NCBI GenBank assembly: GCA_045863395.1
Contig: BTVJ01000013.1
Span: 32,001 to 96,000, forward strand
DNA: 64,000 nucleotides
Origin: Myxococcales bacterium
GTDB lineage: Bacteria > Myxococcota_A > UBA9042 > JABWCM01 > BTVJ01
Direction of reading: 5' to 3'
The notes under the pieces are model-generated. The model was not told where the DNA came from, ran no database searches, and worked only from the letters and a program-made list of their open reading frames with translations. Shown one piece after another: positions 1 to 10,194 of the stretch; positions within the stretch are counted from its first letter, which is position 1; every line of letters starts with the position of its first letter. The translations under genes were made by a program, and so were the position numbers.

Positions 1-16
1 CCCTGGAGGCGACACT

Positions 17-1018
17 GTGAGCACTCACGAGGGACCGGACGCGCGGCGCGTCTTGATCACGGGCGCATCGGGCAGCGTCGGCCGGCGGCTGGTCGAGGCC
101 ATGGCCCAGCGCATGGGGGAGCAGGCGCGCGGGGCCGACGGGCCGACGCTCGGCTTCGTCCTGGCGACCGATATTCGCGACGTGAACCCCTCGTCGCGCC
201 TGCCCGGGATCGAGTATCACACCCTGGACGTGTGCGGCCCGGAGCTGGCGGCCGCGCTGCGAGGGCACCGCATCGACACCGTCGTGCACCTCGCCGCCAT
301 CGTGACGCCGCGGCCCGGCGACACGCGGGAGCACCAGTACGCCGTGGACGTGGTCGGCACGGCCAACGTCGTCGCCGCGTGCCTCGAGGCGGGGGTGCGG
401 CGCTTCGTCTACACGAGCAGCGGCGCCGCCTACGGCTACCACGGAGACAACGCGGCGCTGCTGGACGAGGGCGCTCCGCTGCGCGGCAACGACGCCTTCG
501 CCTACGCGGCGCACAAGCGCATCGTGGAGGAGCAGCTCGCCGACGTCCGCCGGGAGCACCCGGAGCTCGCACAGCTCGTGCTGCGGGTCTCGACGGTGCT
601 CGGGCCCGCCGTGCACAACCAGATCACGGCGCTGTTCGAGCGGCCGGTCGTCGTCGGCATCGCGGGAGTGGACTCGCCGTTCTGCTTCGTCTCCCAAGAG
701 GACGTGGCCGACTGCCTGCTGCACGGGGTGCTCGGCGACCGGGCCGGCATCTACAACCTGACCGGCGACGGGGTGATGACCCTGCGGGAGATCGCCCACG
801 CCATGGGCCGCCCCTACGTGCCGGTGCCTGAGGCGCTGCTGCACGGGGCGCTCGACCTGCTCCACAAGGCTGGCGTAGCGGCGACGGGCGGGGAGCAGCT
901 CCTGTTCCTGCGGCACCGCCCGGTGCTCTCCAACGAGCGGCTCAAACGGGAGCTGGGCTATGTCCCGCGCCAGACGAGCCGCGAGGTCTTCGAGACCTAC
1001 CGCCAGCGGCGGGCCTGA
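17..1018 (+). CDS. NAD-dependent epimerase/dehydratase (extended SDR)
   Basis: GTG start after GGAGG; ITGASGSVG Rossmann motif, VVHLAA, YTSSGAAYG, YAAHK (YxxxK). Confidence 0.88.
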   Translation: MSTHEGPDARRVLITGASGSVGRRLVEAMAQRMGEQARGADGPTLGFVLATDIRDVNPSSRLPGIEYHTLDVCGPELAAALRGHRIDTVVHLAAIVTPRPGDTREHQYAVDVVGTANVVAACLEAGVRRFVYTSSGAAYGYHGDNAALLDEGAPLRGNDAFAYAAHKRIVEEQLADVRREHPELAQLVLRVSTVLGPAVHNQITALFERPVVVGIAGVDSPFCFVSQEDVADCLLHGVLGDRAGIYNLTGDGVMTLREIAHAMGRPYVPVPEALLHGALDLLHKAGVAATGGEQLLFLRHRPVLSNERLKRELGYVPRQTSREVFETYRQRRA

Positions 1019-1019
1019 G

Positions 1020-1844
1020 GTGGCGCGGAGCGTCGTGATCACCGGCGGCGGGGGCGGGCTCGGGCGCGCCATGGCGCTCGCGTTCGCCCGGACCGGCGAC
1101 CGGGTGACCCTGCTGGACCAGGACCCGGCGCTGCTCGCCGAGGCGGCCGCAGAGCTGGGCAGCGCCGGGCACCACGTCGCCACCGTGGTGTGCGACGTCA
1201 CGGACCCGACCACCTGCGAGGCCGCCATGGGCGCCGTGGAGCGGGCGGAGGGGGGCATCGACGTGCTCGTGAACAACGCGGGCGTCACGCACCGGAGCCT
1301 GTTCGCGGACACGGACACCGCCGTGCTGCGCAAGGTCATGGAGGTCAACCTCTTCGGCGCCGTGCACTGCACCCGGGCGGCGCTGCCGGCGCTGCTCCAG
1401 TCCCGGGGCGTCATCGTGGTCCTCTCGAGCGTCGCCGGGTTCGCTCCGCTGCTCGGCCGCACGGGCTACGCGGCGAGCAAGCACGCGCTGCACGGGTTCT
1501 TCGGCTCCCTGCGCACGGAGCTGGTCGGCGCGGGGGTCTCCGTGCTGCTGGTCTGCCCCTCGTTCGTCGACACGCCGCTGGACCGGCGCGCCATGGCGGG
1601 CGACGGCGCCCCGATCACCGGCCCCCGCGCCCTGGCAGGCCGCCCCCTGCGCCCCGACCAGGTCGCCGAGGCGGTCCTGCGCGCCGTATCCCGACGCCGA
1701 CGCCTGCTGCCGGTCTCGCCGGTCGCCTGGGCATCGCTCTGGTTGAGCCGGCTCCTGCCGGCTGTCTACGACCGCGTCATGCTCCGCTCCCAGCGGGGGG
1801 AGTTCGAGGCGCGTTCCCGCGTCAGGGACCGCGCCAACCTCTGA
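1020..1844 (+). CDS. Short-chain dehydrogenase/reductase (classical SDR)
   Basis: GTG at 1020 just after the previous stop; TGGGGGLG, LVNNAG, YAASK motifs. Confidence 0.9.
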   Translation: MARSVVITGGGGGLGRAMALAFARTGDRVTLLDQDPALLAEAAAELGSAGHHVATVVCDVTDPTTCEAAMGAVERAEGGIDVLVNNAGVTHRSLFADTDTAVLRKVMEVNLFGAVHCTRAALPALLQSRGVIVVLSSVAGFAPLLGRTGYAASKHALHGFFGSLRTELVGAGVSVLLVCPSFVDTPLDRRAMAGDGAPITGPRALAGRPLRPDQVAEAVLRAVSRRRRLLPVSPVAWASLWLSRLLPAVYDRVMLRSQRGEFEARSRVRDRANL

Positions 1845-1987
1845 CAGACGCCTGGCGACGTCCCAGGGACTCCTCCGGCGGGCCCGCGCTCGACCCCTGC
1901 TCGAGCGGAACGGGGTTGCGCCGCAACGCGAGGTCGCGCACCATCGCGAGCTGCGGAACGTGAGCCACGCTACGAGAGGAGGCACCC

Positions 1988-2686
1988 ATGGTCGACATCG
2001 TGATGGACGCACCGGGCAAGAACGCCCTCGGCACCGGGCTCATGACCTGGCTCCTCGGCCAGATCCGCGGAGCGGGCGACGAGCCCATCCTGCTGACGGG
2101 GACGGGTGACGCCTTCTCGGCGGGCCTGAACCTCCGCGAGGTCTCCGCGCTGGAGGCCGACGGGATGCACGCCTTCCTCGACACACTGGAGGAGCTGTGC
2201 GTGGTCCTCTACACCCACCCGGCGCCCGTGGTGGCGGCGGTCAACGGCCACGCCATCGCCGGTGGGGCGGTGATCGCCGCGTGCTGCGACGTGCGGGTGT
2301 GTACCACGTCACCGCGGGCGCGCATCGGGCTCAACGAGGTGGCGCTGGGGCTGCGGTTCCCTCCCGCCATCCTGCGCATCGTGCGCGCCAGGGTTGCCCC
2401 CCGGCACCTGGAGGAGGTGCTGCTCGGCGCGGCCCTGTACGACCCGGAGGGCGCCGCCCGGGTGGGGCTCGTGGACGCGGTGGCTGCGGACCCGGTGGCG
2501 GTGGGGAGGGAGCGCCTCGCCGCGCTGGCCGCCCTGCCGCGACACGCCTACGCCGTCACAAAAGCGGACCTGCGGGGCGACGTGTCGTCTACGGCCGACG
2601 AGAAGCGGCGCTTCGCGGAGGACGTGCTGCCGCTGTGGACCTCCGAGGAGCTGCGGGCGCGCATCCGGGCCATCCTGTCGCGCTAG
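1988..2686 (+). CDS. Enoyl-CoA hydratase/isomerase (crotonase family)
   Basis: GAGGAGG RBS; AFSAGLNL, PVVAAVNGHAIAGG, GLNEV motifs. Confidence 0.9.
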   Translation: MVDIVMDAPGKNALGTGLMTWLLGQIRGAGDEPILLTGTGDAFSAGLNLREVSALEADGMHAFLDTLEELCVVLYTHPAPVVAAVNGHAIAGGAVIAACCDVRVCTTSPRARIGLNEVALGLRFPPAILRIVRARVAPRHLEEVLLGAALYDPEGAARVGLVDAVAADPVAVGRERLAALAALPRHAYAVTKADLRGDVSSTADEKRRFAEDVLPLWTSEELRARIRAILSR

Positions 2687-2753
2687 TAGGGCGTCGCACA
2701 AATGATGATGCAATCCGGAGGGTCGAGGCGCCCCGCCAGGCGCTCGGGCCACG

Positions 2754-2885
2754 CCGGATACCGCGCCGGATACCGCGCCGGATACCGCGCCGGATACCGC
2801 GCCGGATACCGCGCCGGACGCCGCACCGGACGCCGCGCCGGACGTCGCGCCGGACGTCGCGCCGGACGTCGCGCCGGACGCCGGC
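2754..2885 (+). repeat. 12-bp tandem repeat (CCGGAYRYCGCR-like, 11 units) encoding PDTA/PDAA/PDVA
   Basis: Five exact CCGGATACCGCG units followed by six variants; in frame with the Cys-rich ORF at 2931. Confidence 0.92.
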
Positions 2886-2930
2886 AACGACGCCGCACCA
2901 GACGCCGAGGCCGACGCAGGCACTCCCGAC

Positions 2931-4838
2931 GTGACCACATCCCCCGACGCCTCGCCCTGCTCGCCCAGCTCCTGCGACGACGGCGACCCGTGCACCTCCG
3001 ACTCGTGCGCTGGCGGCACGTGCACCCACGCCGCAGTGACCTGCGAGGATGGCGACGCCTGCACCGTGGACGCCTGCCTCCCCGGGCCGGGATGCACCGC
3101 CCTCCCCCTCGACTGCGACGATGGCGATCCCTGCACGACCGACGCCTGCGACCCCGCCTCCGGGTGCTCCACGCTGCCGGTCCTCTGCGACGATGGTGAC
3201 CCGTGCACCGAAGACTCGTGTGCCGCCGGGTGCGCGTACGTCCCCCGGTCTGGCTGCCAGAGCTGCTCCGCGTCCTTCGAGTGCACTGACGGCGACCCCT
3301 GCACCGGCGACGTCTGCCAGGACGGAGCCTGTGCCCACGCGCCATCCCTGTGCGACGACGGAAACCCCTGCTCCGACGATCCCTGTGATCCGCTGGCGGG
3401 CTGCACGTCGGTGCCCGTCTCCTGCGACGACGACGACGCATGCACGTCCGACTCCTGCGACCCGGCCATCGGGTGTGCCCATGCCCCCATCTCCTGCGGC
3501 GACGGGGATGCCTGCACGGTGGACTCGTGCGACCCGAGACCCGGGTGCGCTCACGCCCCCCTCTCCTGTGACGATGACGATGCCTGCACCGCCGACGGGT
3601 GCGCGCCGAGCCTGGGATGCACGCACGCTCAAGAGGGCTGCGACGATCTGGATGACTGCACCTCCGATGCCTGTGAACCCACCGCCGGCTGCCTCCACAC
3701 CCCGGTCTTCTGCGACGATGGCGACCCCTGCACCGCGGACGCCTGCCTGCCGTGGGTGGGCTGCTCGCACGTTCCCCAGGCCTGCGACGACGCCGATCCC
3801 TGCACGGTCGACTCCTGTGCTCCGCCTCTCGGGTGCACCAACGCCCCCGGTTCGTGCGACGACGACGACCCGTGCACTGCGGATGGCTGCGTGGCCGGAG
3901 GCTGCACACACGCGCCCTCCTCGTGCGACGACGGTGACGCCTGCACCCTCGACTCCTGCGCCGCCCCGCTCGGCTGCGCCCACGCCGCCGTCCGAGGCTG
4001 TGTGCACTGTACGTCGGCGGCCGACTGCAACGACGGGGACGCGTGCACCCTCGACGCCTGCGACCCGGACTCCGGGCTCTGCGCCCACGTCCTCGCCTCC
4101 TGCGACGACGGTGACGCCTGCACCGCAGACTCGTGCGACGCGGACCTCGGATGCACGCACGCCCTGGAGCCCTGCGACGACGGCGACCCGTGCACGGCCG
4201 ACGTCTGCGACGGTGGCTGCGCCCACCTGCCGCCGCCCTGCGGCGACGACGACCCGTGCACCATCGACTCCTGCCACCCTTTGACCGGCGCGTGCGACCA
4301 CGAGCCGCTCTCCCCGTGCACGGGCTGCCAGACCAGCGACGACTGCAGCGACGGCGACGCGTGCACCCTCGACCTGTGCGACCCGCTCACCGAGGGGTGC
4401 GTCCACGCCCCCCGGGACTGCGGCGACGGGAACCCCTGCACCGCCGACGCCTGCGCAACCGCCGGGAACTGCATGCACGAGCCGACTCCGGGCTGTACCG
4501 GGTGCGCCTCGCACGCCGACTGCGGCGATGGGGACCCGTGTACGGCAGACACCTGCGACCTGGGCGCAGCCAAGTGCGTCCACCCCGCGCAGCCGGCCTG
4601 CACGCCGTGTACGCGAGATGCGGACTGCGGCGCGGGGCTGTGCACCGACGGCGCCTGCCTGGCGCCCGGGGTGTGCGGCGCCCCGTCCTGCGACGACGGG
4701 GACGCATGCACCCTCGACGGCTGCGATCCAACCATCGGTTGCGTCCATGCCCCGTTCGACTGCAAGGACGACGACCCGTGCACCATCGACTCCTGCGACC
4801 CGACAGCGGGCTGCACCTATGAACCCGCGTGCCCGTGA
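2931..4838 (+). CDS. Cys-rich repeat protein (many CDDGDxCTxDxC units; myxobacterial/Dictyostelium-type); 5' end uncertain
   Basis: More than 20 repeats of about 24 aa, CDDGD(P/A)CTxDxC...GC; open frame extends upstream to 2709 without a start codon. Confidence 0.82.
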   Translation: MTTSPDASPCSPSSCDDGDPCTSDSCAGGTCTHAAVTCEDGDACTVDACLPGPGCTALPLDCDDGDPCTTDACDPASGCSTLPVLCDDGDPCTEDSCAAGCAYVPRSGCQSCSASFECTDGDPCTGDVCQDGACAHAPSLCDDGNPCSDDPCDPLAGCTSVPVSCDDDDACTSDSCDPAIGCAHAPISCGDGDACTVDSCDPRPGCAHAPLSCDDDDACTADGCAPSLGCTHAQEGCDDLDDCTSDACEPTAGCLHTPVFCDDGDPCTADACLPWVGCSHVPQACDDADPCTVDSCAPPLGCTNAPGSCDDDDPCTADGCVAGGCTHAPSSCDDGDACTLDSCAAPLGCAHAAVRGCVHCTSAADCNDGDACTLDACDPDSGLCAHVLASCDDGDACTADSCDADLGCTHALEPCDDGDPCTADVCDGGCAHLPPPCGDDDPCTIDSCHPLTGACDHEPLSPCTGCQTSDDCSDGDACTLDLCDPLTEGCVHAPRDCGDGNPCTADACATAGNCMHEPTPGCTGCASHADCGDGDPCTADTCDLGAAKCVHPAQPACTPCTRDADCGAGLCTDGACLAPGVCGAPSCDDGDACTLDGCDPTIGCVHAPFDCKDDDPCTIDSCDPTAGCTYEPACP

Positions 4839-4857
4839 AGCGGGATGTGGAGGCCCC

Positions 4858-7800
4858 ATGCGCAGCGCTGCCCTAGCCCTCCTGGTCTTCCTGGTCCCGC
4901 ACCTCGCCACCGCAAACGTCCCCCCGGTGCTCTCCGTGCAGGGCGTGCTGCGAACGTCGAGCGGTGCGCCCGCTGGCGGGGACTACACCCTCGCCGTCTC
5001 CCTGTGGAGCGCGCAGAGTGGGGGCACCAAGCTCTGGGACAGCGTGGCCCCGGACGTGCCCGCGGAGGCCGGCGTCTTCGACCTCGAGCTTGGCCCGTTC
5101 AACGGGGCATCCGCATCGCTCTTTGCGACCAACGCCGACGTGTGGCTCCAGGTTGGCGTGGAGGGCGAGCCTCCGCTGCCGCGGCGCCGCGTCACCACCT
5201 CGGCCTACGCCTTCCAGGCGCGCAACGCGGACACCGCCGCCGACGTGGTGTGCACTGGCTGCGTCCAGTCCGCGGACACGGGCTTCTCCTGGGCGCAGGG
5301 CGCCTCCAAGGGCGGGGCCGCGGCGGACCTGGAGTGCAGCGGCTGCGTGCAAGGAGGCGAGCTCGCCGATGGCGCCGTATCTGGCGCCAAGATCGCCGAC
5401 GGCAGCGTGGGGAGCGCCGACCTGGGCTTTGCCTATGCGGGTTCGGCGATCAAGGGTGGCGCCGCCATGGATCTTGCCTGCTCCGGCTGCGTGGGGGGGG
5501 CCGAGCTCGAGGCGAACCTCATCTTGAGCGGCGACGTGACCGTCACGGGGAGCCTGACCGCTTGCACAACCGGCGGCACGTGCCGCCTCGGGGTCTCCGG
5601 CGCCGGCGGACTGAGCGCGGGCGGCTCTGGCTGGCTCCACCTGCTGTCTCCCGCTGGCGTCCGGGTCCGCTCCGACGACGGCTCTGCCTGGCAGCAGCTC
5701 CAGACTGGCCCACTGACTGCCACCGCAGCGACGATCCAGGGGTCCCTGACTCTGGGCACGGCCATCCTGTCCTCGCAAACGACTCTCCAGCCCTTCGTGG
5801 AGGGCGCAGCGGGGACGCGACTGCTCCTGCGAGGCACGGCGTCAGGCAAGAGCGCCGCCCTCGCCTCGGACGCGACCATCGGCTTCGAGACCCACGGCGC
5901 CGTGCGCTTGAACCACGTCGGGGCGACCGGCCTCGCCGCCGACTCGGGGGCCGCGGCGGACGAGGGGCGGGTGCGGCTGTTGGGCGGCGGGGCCAACGGG
6001 GCCGCGCTGTCCTGGCGCCCCCCGCAGGCATCGTCTCGCCCCCGCTCCCTCGCCCTGGAGACGGCCGACGGCTCCGGCGTTCTCTCGCCGCGACTCGTGG
6101 TCCTGTCCGATGGCCGCGTCGGTGTGGGCACGGAGTCCCCCGCCCAGAAGCTCGACGTGGCGGGGACCATCGCGGCCAGCGGGGAGCTGCACATCGGCGC
6201 CGGCGGCCTGCGCTACAACGCGTCGTCGGGCAAGCTGGAGTTCAGCCACGACCGCGAGACGTGGGCTGAGTTGGGGACGGGGGGCGGGAGCGGGAGCGGG
6301 GGCGGAGACGGCCCCTCGCCCTTCGGCACGGGCGGCGAGGGGGCTCTCGTGGCGGCGGGCACCGTCTACACCGACACCGTGCGCACCGCCGTCGTCGGCG
6401 CGAACCCTGCGGGCGGGGCGACACTGTCCGTGGCGAGCGCCAGCGGCTTCGCGCCGGGAGACGAGGTGCTGATCATCACGATGCAGGATGCCGCGAGCGC
6501 GGGCGCCCTGACCGGCCAGATGGACACGCGCACGGTCGCGTCGGTGAACGGCTCGCAGCTCACGTTCACCGAGCCCCTGTCGCGCACGTTCACCCAGACG
6601 TCCGCCGTGCGGCACCAGGCCATCCGCATCCCCCACTGGACCGACGTCACGGTCTCGGGGACCCTCACCTGCCACTCGTGGGACGGCTCCACCGGAGGCG
6701 TCCTCGCCTTCCGCGCCAGCGGGACCGTCTCCAAGACGGGGAGCGGGCGCATCGACGCCAGCGGCACGGGCTACCGCGGCCTGCCGACGGTCAACCTGAG
6801 CGGGCAGCAGTGGGGCGCGCTGGGCGAAGGAGTCGCGGGCGGCTACGGTCTCACGGACTACAAGCCGACCGCGGGCAACAACGGCGGCGGCGGAGGGGGC
6901 CTGAACTCCGCGGGCTCGGAGGGCGGTGGCGGGGGCGGTGGGAGCCTCGTGGTCGCTGGTGGCACGGGCAACGTCTGGTGTGGCCAGCCAGCCGGCGCGA
7001 CCCATGGCCAGCCCGGCAACACGGTGTCTCCGTCACCGAGTCGCCCCTTGATGGGCGGGGCAGGGGGGCGCGGCACCACGGGAGCCGGAGACTGCGGGAC
7101 GGTCGGCGGTGGCGGAAACGGCGGTGGAGTCGCCCTAATCTGGGCATGGTACTTCAACCCCATAGAGATTCGCTCCAACGGGGTGGCAGGCGGTTGCAGC
7201 GGCCAGAGCCTCTGCGGAGACTACGGCATCGGTGGTGGCGGCGGCGGGGCCGGCGGCTCCATCGTCGTCAAGTGCGGGAGCGGCTGCTGGAACGTCACTC
7301 CGCAGGCGACGGGCGGGGCGGGCGGCATCAGTGGCCACTGCGACTCGACCTGCGCGGCCGGTGGAATCGGCGGCAACGGGTACGTGAGCCTGACCTCTCC
7401 GCCCTCTGGCCAGGGCTCGGACCCCAACTGGGGCTCGGGCGCAGACGGGAGTGTCATCGTCAACGGGACGGTCTACACCGACGCCGTGCGCTCCCCCGTC
7501 GCCGGCAACAACGGCGCGGGTGCGATGGTGATCGGCGTCGCCAGCGCCACGGGCTTCCAGGCGGGCGACGAGGTCCTGATCATCACGATGCTCGATGGAG
7601 CTGCCAACGGCGCCCTCGTCGGCCAGTACGAGACCCGAACCCTGGCCGGAGTCAGCGGGAGCAGCCTGACCCTCACCCAGGCGCTCCAGAACACCTACAA
7701 TCAAAGCTCGACCCGCAGGCACCAGGTCATCCGCATTCCCCACTGGGAGGACGTGACCCTGGCGGGCGGCGTCCTGACGGCCCATGCGTGGGACGGAGAC

Positions 7801-8514
7801 TCGGGCGGTGTGGTCGCCTTCCGCGTCAACGGCACCCTCAGCGCAACGGGCGGCGGTCGCGTCTCCGCCGATTCCATCGGCTACCGCGGCGCCACGGGCG
7901 GCGATCTCAACGGACAGCAGTGGGGGCGCATCGGCGAGGGGGTCTCTGGTGGCTGGAACACACAGAACTACGCGCCGCCTGCGGGCAGCAACGGCGGCGG
8001 CGGGGGCGGCCTCAACTCCGCGGGCTCCGAGGGAGGTGGCGGAGGCGGCGGCAGCCTGGGCACTGCCGGAGCCTGGGGCAATGTCTGGTGCGGCAATCCC
8101 GCAGGGTCGACCCGGGGCCAGTCAGGAGCCACCGCCCAGGTCACGGCCACACGCTGGGTCATGGGGGGCGGAGGCGGCGCTGGCTCCACCGGCGCGGGAG
8201 ACTGCGGCCACGTCTACGACGCCGGCGCGGGCGGTGGCATCGTGGCAGCCTTCGTCAAGACCGTGGCGACGGTGCCCCTCCACGCCCGCGGCGCCAACGG
8301 CGGCTGTGGTGGCACGAACCTCTGCGGCGACTACGGAATCGGAGGCTCGGGCGGCGGGGCGGGCGGCACGGTCTACCTCCTGGCGGGCTCGGGCGCGGGC
8401 TCCGCGAGCATCGCCCTCGGCGGCGGCACGGGCGGCCTGGGAGGCCACTGCGACTCGACGTGCGCCTCCGCGGGAGACGGCGGCACGGGAGTCTCCATCA
8501 TCGCGGCTCCCTGA
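4858..8514 (+). CDS. Large secreted mosaic adhesin/fibre-like protein with two tandem AgmC-N-like + Gly-rich modules
   Basis: GGAGG RBS and signal peptide; VPPVLSVQGVL N-domain, three D(L/V)xCxGCV motifs, AKIADG repeats, GRVGVGTESPAQKLDVAG fibre motif, duplicated GFxxGDEVLIITM...QxIRIPHW...WDGxxGGVxAF domain. Confidence 0.75.
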   Translation: MRSAALALLVFLVPHLATANVPPVLSVQGVLRTSSGAPAGGDYTLAVSLWSAQSGGTKLWDSVAPDVPAEAGVFDLELGPFNGASASLFATNADVWLQVGVEGEPPLPRRRVTTSAYAFQARNADTAADVVCTGCVQSADTGFSWAQGASKGGAAADLECSGCVQGGELADGAVSGAKIADGSVGSADLGFAYAGSAIKGGAAMDLACSGCVGGAELEANLILSGDVTVTGSLTACTTGGTCRLGVSGAGGLSAGGSGWLHLLSPAGVRVRSDDGSAWQQLQTGPLTATAATIQGSLTLGTAILSSQTTLQPFVEGAAGTRLLLRGTASGKSAALASDATIGFETHGAVRLNHVGATGLAADSGAAADEGRVRLLGGGANGAALSWRPPQASSRPRSLALETADGSGVLSPRLVVLSDGRVGVGTESPAQKLDVAGTIAASGELHIGAGGLRYNASSGKLEFSHDRETWAELGTGGGSGSGGGDGPSPFGTGGEGALVAAGTVYTDTVRTAVVGANPAGGATLSVASASGFAPGDEVLIITMQDAASAGALTGQMDTRTVASVNGSQLTFTEPLSRTFTQTSAVRHQAIRIPHWTDVTVSGTLTCHSWDGSTGGVLAFRASGTVSKTGSGRIDASGTGYRGLPTVNLSGQQWGALGEGVAGGYGLTDYKPTAGNNGGGGGGLNSAGSEGGGGGGGSLVVAGGTGNVWCGQPAGATHGQPGNTVSPSPSRPLMGGAGGRGTTGAGDCGTVGGGGNGGGVALIWAWYFNPIEIRSNGVAGGCSGQSLCGDYGIGGGGGGAGGSIVVKCGSGCWNVTPQATGGAGGISGHCDSTCAAGGIGGNGYVSLTSPPSGQGSDPNWGSGADGSVIVNGTVYTDAVRSPVAGNNGAGAMVIGVASATGFQAGDEVLIITMLDGAANGALVGQYETRTLAGVSGSSLTLTQALQNTYNQSSTRRHQVIRIPHWEDVTLAGGVLTAHAWDGDSGGVVAFRVNGTLSATGGGRVSADSIGYRGATGGDLNGQQWGRIGEGVSGGWNTQNYAPPAGSNGGGGGGLNSAGSEGGGGGGGSLGTAGAWGNVWCGNPAGSTRGQSGATAQVTATRWVMGGGGGAGSTGAGDCGHVYDAGAGGGIVAAFVKTVATVPLHARGANGGCGGTNLCGDYGIGGSGGGAGGTVYLLAGSGAGSASIALGGGTGGLGGHCDSTCASAGDGGTGVSIIAAP

Positions 8515-8533
8515 ATCACTCCTCGCCTGTGAC

Positions 8534-10075
8534 TCACCGCTCGCCATGGCTCTCCTTGAGCCCCAGCCGCCGCGCCGTGCGGTGCAGATTCCCCCGATCG
8601 AGCCCCAGCCGCCGCGCCGCCTCGGCCCAGTTTCCGCCGGACGACTCCACCGCCCGCAGGATCAGGTCGCGCTGGAAGGTCGCCGTGGCGTCGGCGAGCC
8701 CGAGTCCGACGAGGGGGGCCGCCACGGGCGTCTCCGGCGCTGGTGCCGCCCCGTCGAGGCCCAGGTGGCTGACGTCGATCAGGGCGTCCGCCCGCCTCCT
8801 GCCCCCCGACGCCCGCAGCGCCGCGCGCATGATGACGTGCTCCAGCTCCCGCACGTTGCCGGGCCAGGAGTAGCGAGCCAGCGCCTCCCGCGCCGCGCGT
8901 CCGAGCCGCGCCGACCCGAGCCCGAGCTGGACCCGCGCCCGGTCGAGGAACAGCCCCGCCAGGAGCGCCACGTCGCCCTCCCGCTCCCGGAGCGGCGGCA
9001 CCCGCACCGGGTACACCGACAGCCGGTGGTAGAGGTCGGCCCGGAACCGCCCGGCGGCCACCTCCACCGTCAGCTCGCGGTTGGTGGCGGCGACCACCCG
9101 CACGTCCACCCGCACGTCGCGATCCGCTCCCACGCGCTGGATCTCCCCCGACTGGAGCGCCCGCAGCAGCTTCGCCTGGATGGACGGCGCAAGCTCCCCC
9201 ACCTCGTCGAGGAACAGCGTCCCGCCATCAGCCAGCTCGAACTTGCCCGCCCTGTCCTCCACGGCCCCGGTGAAGGCCCCCCGCACGTGCCCGAACAGCT
9301 CGCTCTCGGCGATGGACTCGGGCAGCGCCGCGCAGTTGACGTAGACCAGGGCCTGACGGGACCGCCGTGAGCCGGCGTGGAGCGTGCGCGCCACCAGCTC
9401 CTTGCCGACCCCGGTCTCCCCAGTGACCAGCACCGTGAGCTCCGATGCCGCGATCACCTCCAGCTCGGCGCGCAGGGTGCGCATCGCCTCGCTCTGCCCG
9501 ACCAGCTCCCCGCCCTGCCTCAGCAACGCCGTCGTCACCAGGTGCTCCGCCACCCTCCCCTTTCGCTCCACCGCGCGCTCCAGCGCCTCGATGAGCCCGG
9601 CCGTGCGCATGGTCGCGGCGGCCAGCGCGGCGAAGGCGGCGAAGGTCCGATCAGCCACCCGGTCGAAGGCGCCGGGCTCCATGGCGTCCACCGTGAGCAC
9701 CCCCACGAGCTCGTCGCCCACGTGCAGGGAGCTGCCCATGCACGAGTGGACGTGGGTCAGGTGGTCGGGCGACGCCGACACGTAGCCGTCGTAGGGGTCC
9801 GCCCGCGGATCGTCCGCGCGGAAGCGCACAGGCTCCCGTGACGCGACGATGGCGGCGAGCCGCGGGTGCTCCGCCGGGACGAAGCGGCGCCCCAGGGTCT
9901 CCGGCGTCAGGCCCGCCACCACCACGGGGACGAGCACGCCCCCCTCGTTGCGCATGAGCGCGGACGCGTCGCAGGGCACGACGGCGCGCACGGCCGCGAG
10001 CAGCCGCTGGTAGCGCTCCTGCGTAGAGAGGCTGGCGGTCAGGTCCAGGGCGATGTCCAGCAAGGCGTCGATCAT
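8534..10075 (-). CDS. norR: Nitric oxide-responsive sigma54-dependent transcriptional activator NorR
   Basis: GAF domain (DPYDG...HSCMG), AAA+ GETGVGKE, GAFTGA, WPGNVRELE, C-terminal HTH (GNWAEAARRLGLDRGNLHR); divergent from qNor. Confidence 0.93.
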   Translation of the reverse strand: MIDALLDIALDLTASLSTQERYQRLLAAVRAVVPCDASALMRNEGGVLVPVVVAGLTPETLGRRFVPAEHPRLAAIVASREPVRFRADDPRADPYDGYVSASPDHLTHVHSCMGSSLHVGDELVGVLTVDAMEPGAFDRVADRTFAAFAALAAATMRTAGLIEALERAVERKGRVAEHLVTTALLRQGGELVGQSEAMRTLRAELEVIAASELTVLVTGETGVGKELVARTLHAGSRRSRQALVYVNCAALPESIAESELFGHVRGAFTGAVEDRAGKFELADGGTLFLDEVGELAPSIQAKLLRALQSGEIQRVGADRDVRVDVRVVAATNRELTVEVAAGRFRADLYHRLSVYPVRVPPLREREGDVALLAGLFLDRARVQLGLGSARLGRAAREALARYSWPGNVRELEHVIMRAALRASGGRRRADALIDVSHLGLDGAAPAPETPVAAPLVGLGLADATATFQRDLILRAVESSGGNWAEAARRLGLDRGNLHRTARRLGLKESHGER

Positions 10076-10095
10076 TGGGGGCTCCAGTCGTGCGT

Positions 10096-10150
10096 GTGCT
10101 CTCGACAACACGTTGTCCATCGCACAACCAAACGACGATGTCAATCGGAC
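10096..10150. promoter_or_regulatory. Three NorR binding boxes (GT-N7-AC)
   Basis: GTGCTCTCGAC 10096-10106, GTCCATCGCAC 10115-10125 (flanked TT..AA), GTCAATCGGAC 10140-10150. Confidence 0.82.
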
Positions 10151-10194
10151 CACACAAACATACCTGCTCGTTCTGAATCAACCACTTGCGGCGA

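Noticed and set aside
2703..2708. Selenocysteine/readthrough of TGA TGA into the Cys-rich ORF
   Set aside because: The upstream in-frame sequence is a shadow of the crotonase gene with no signal peptide, and no convincing SECIS was seen.
2754..2885. Tandem repeat as a CRISPR array
   Set aside because: The units are 12 bp and contiguous, with no spacers and no cas genes; it encodes a PDxA linker.
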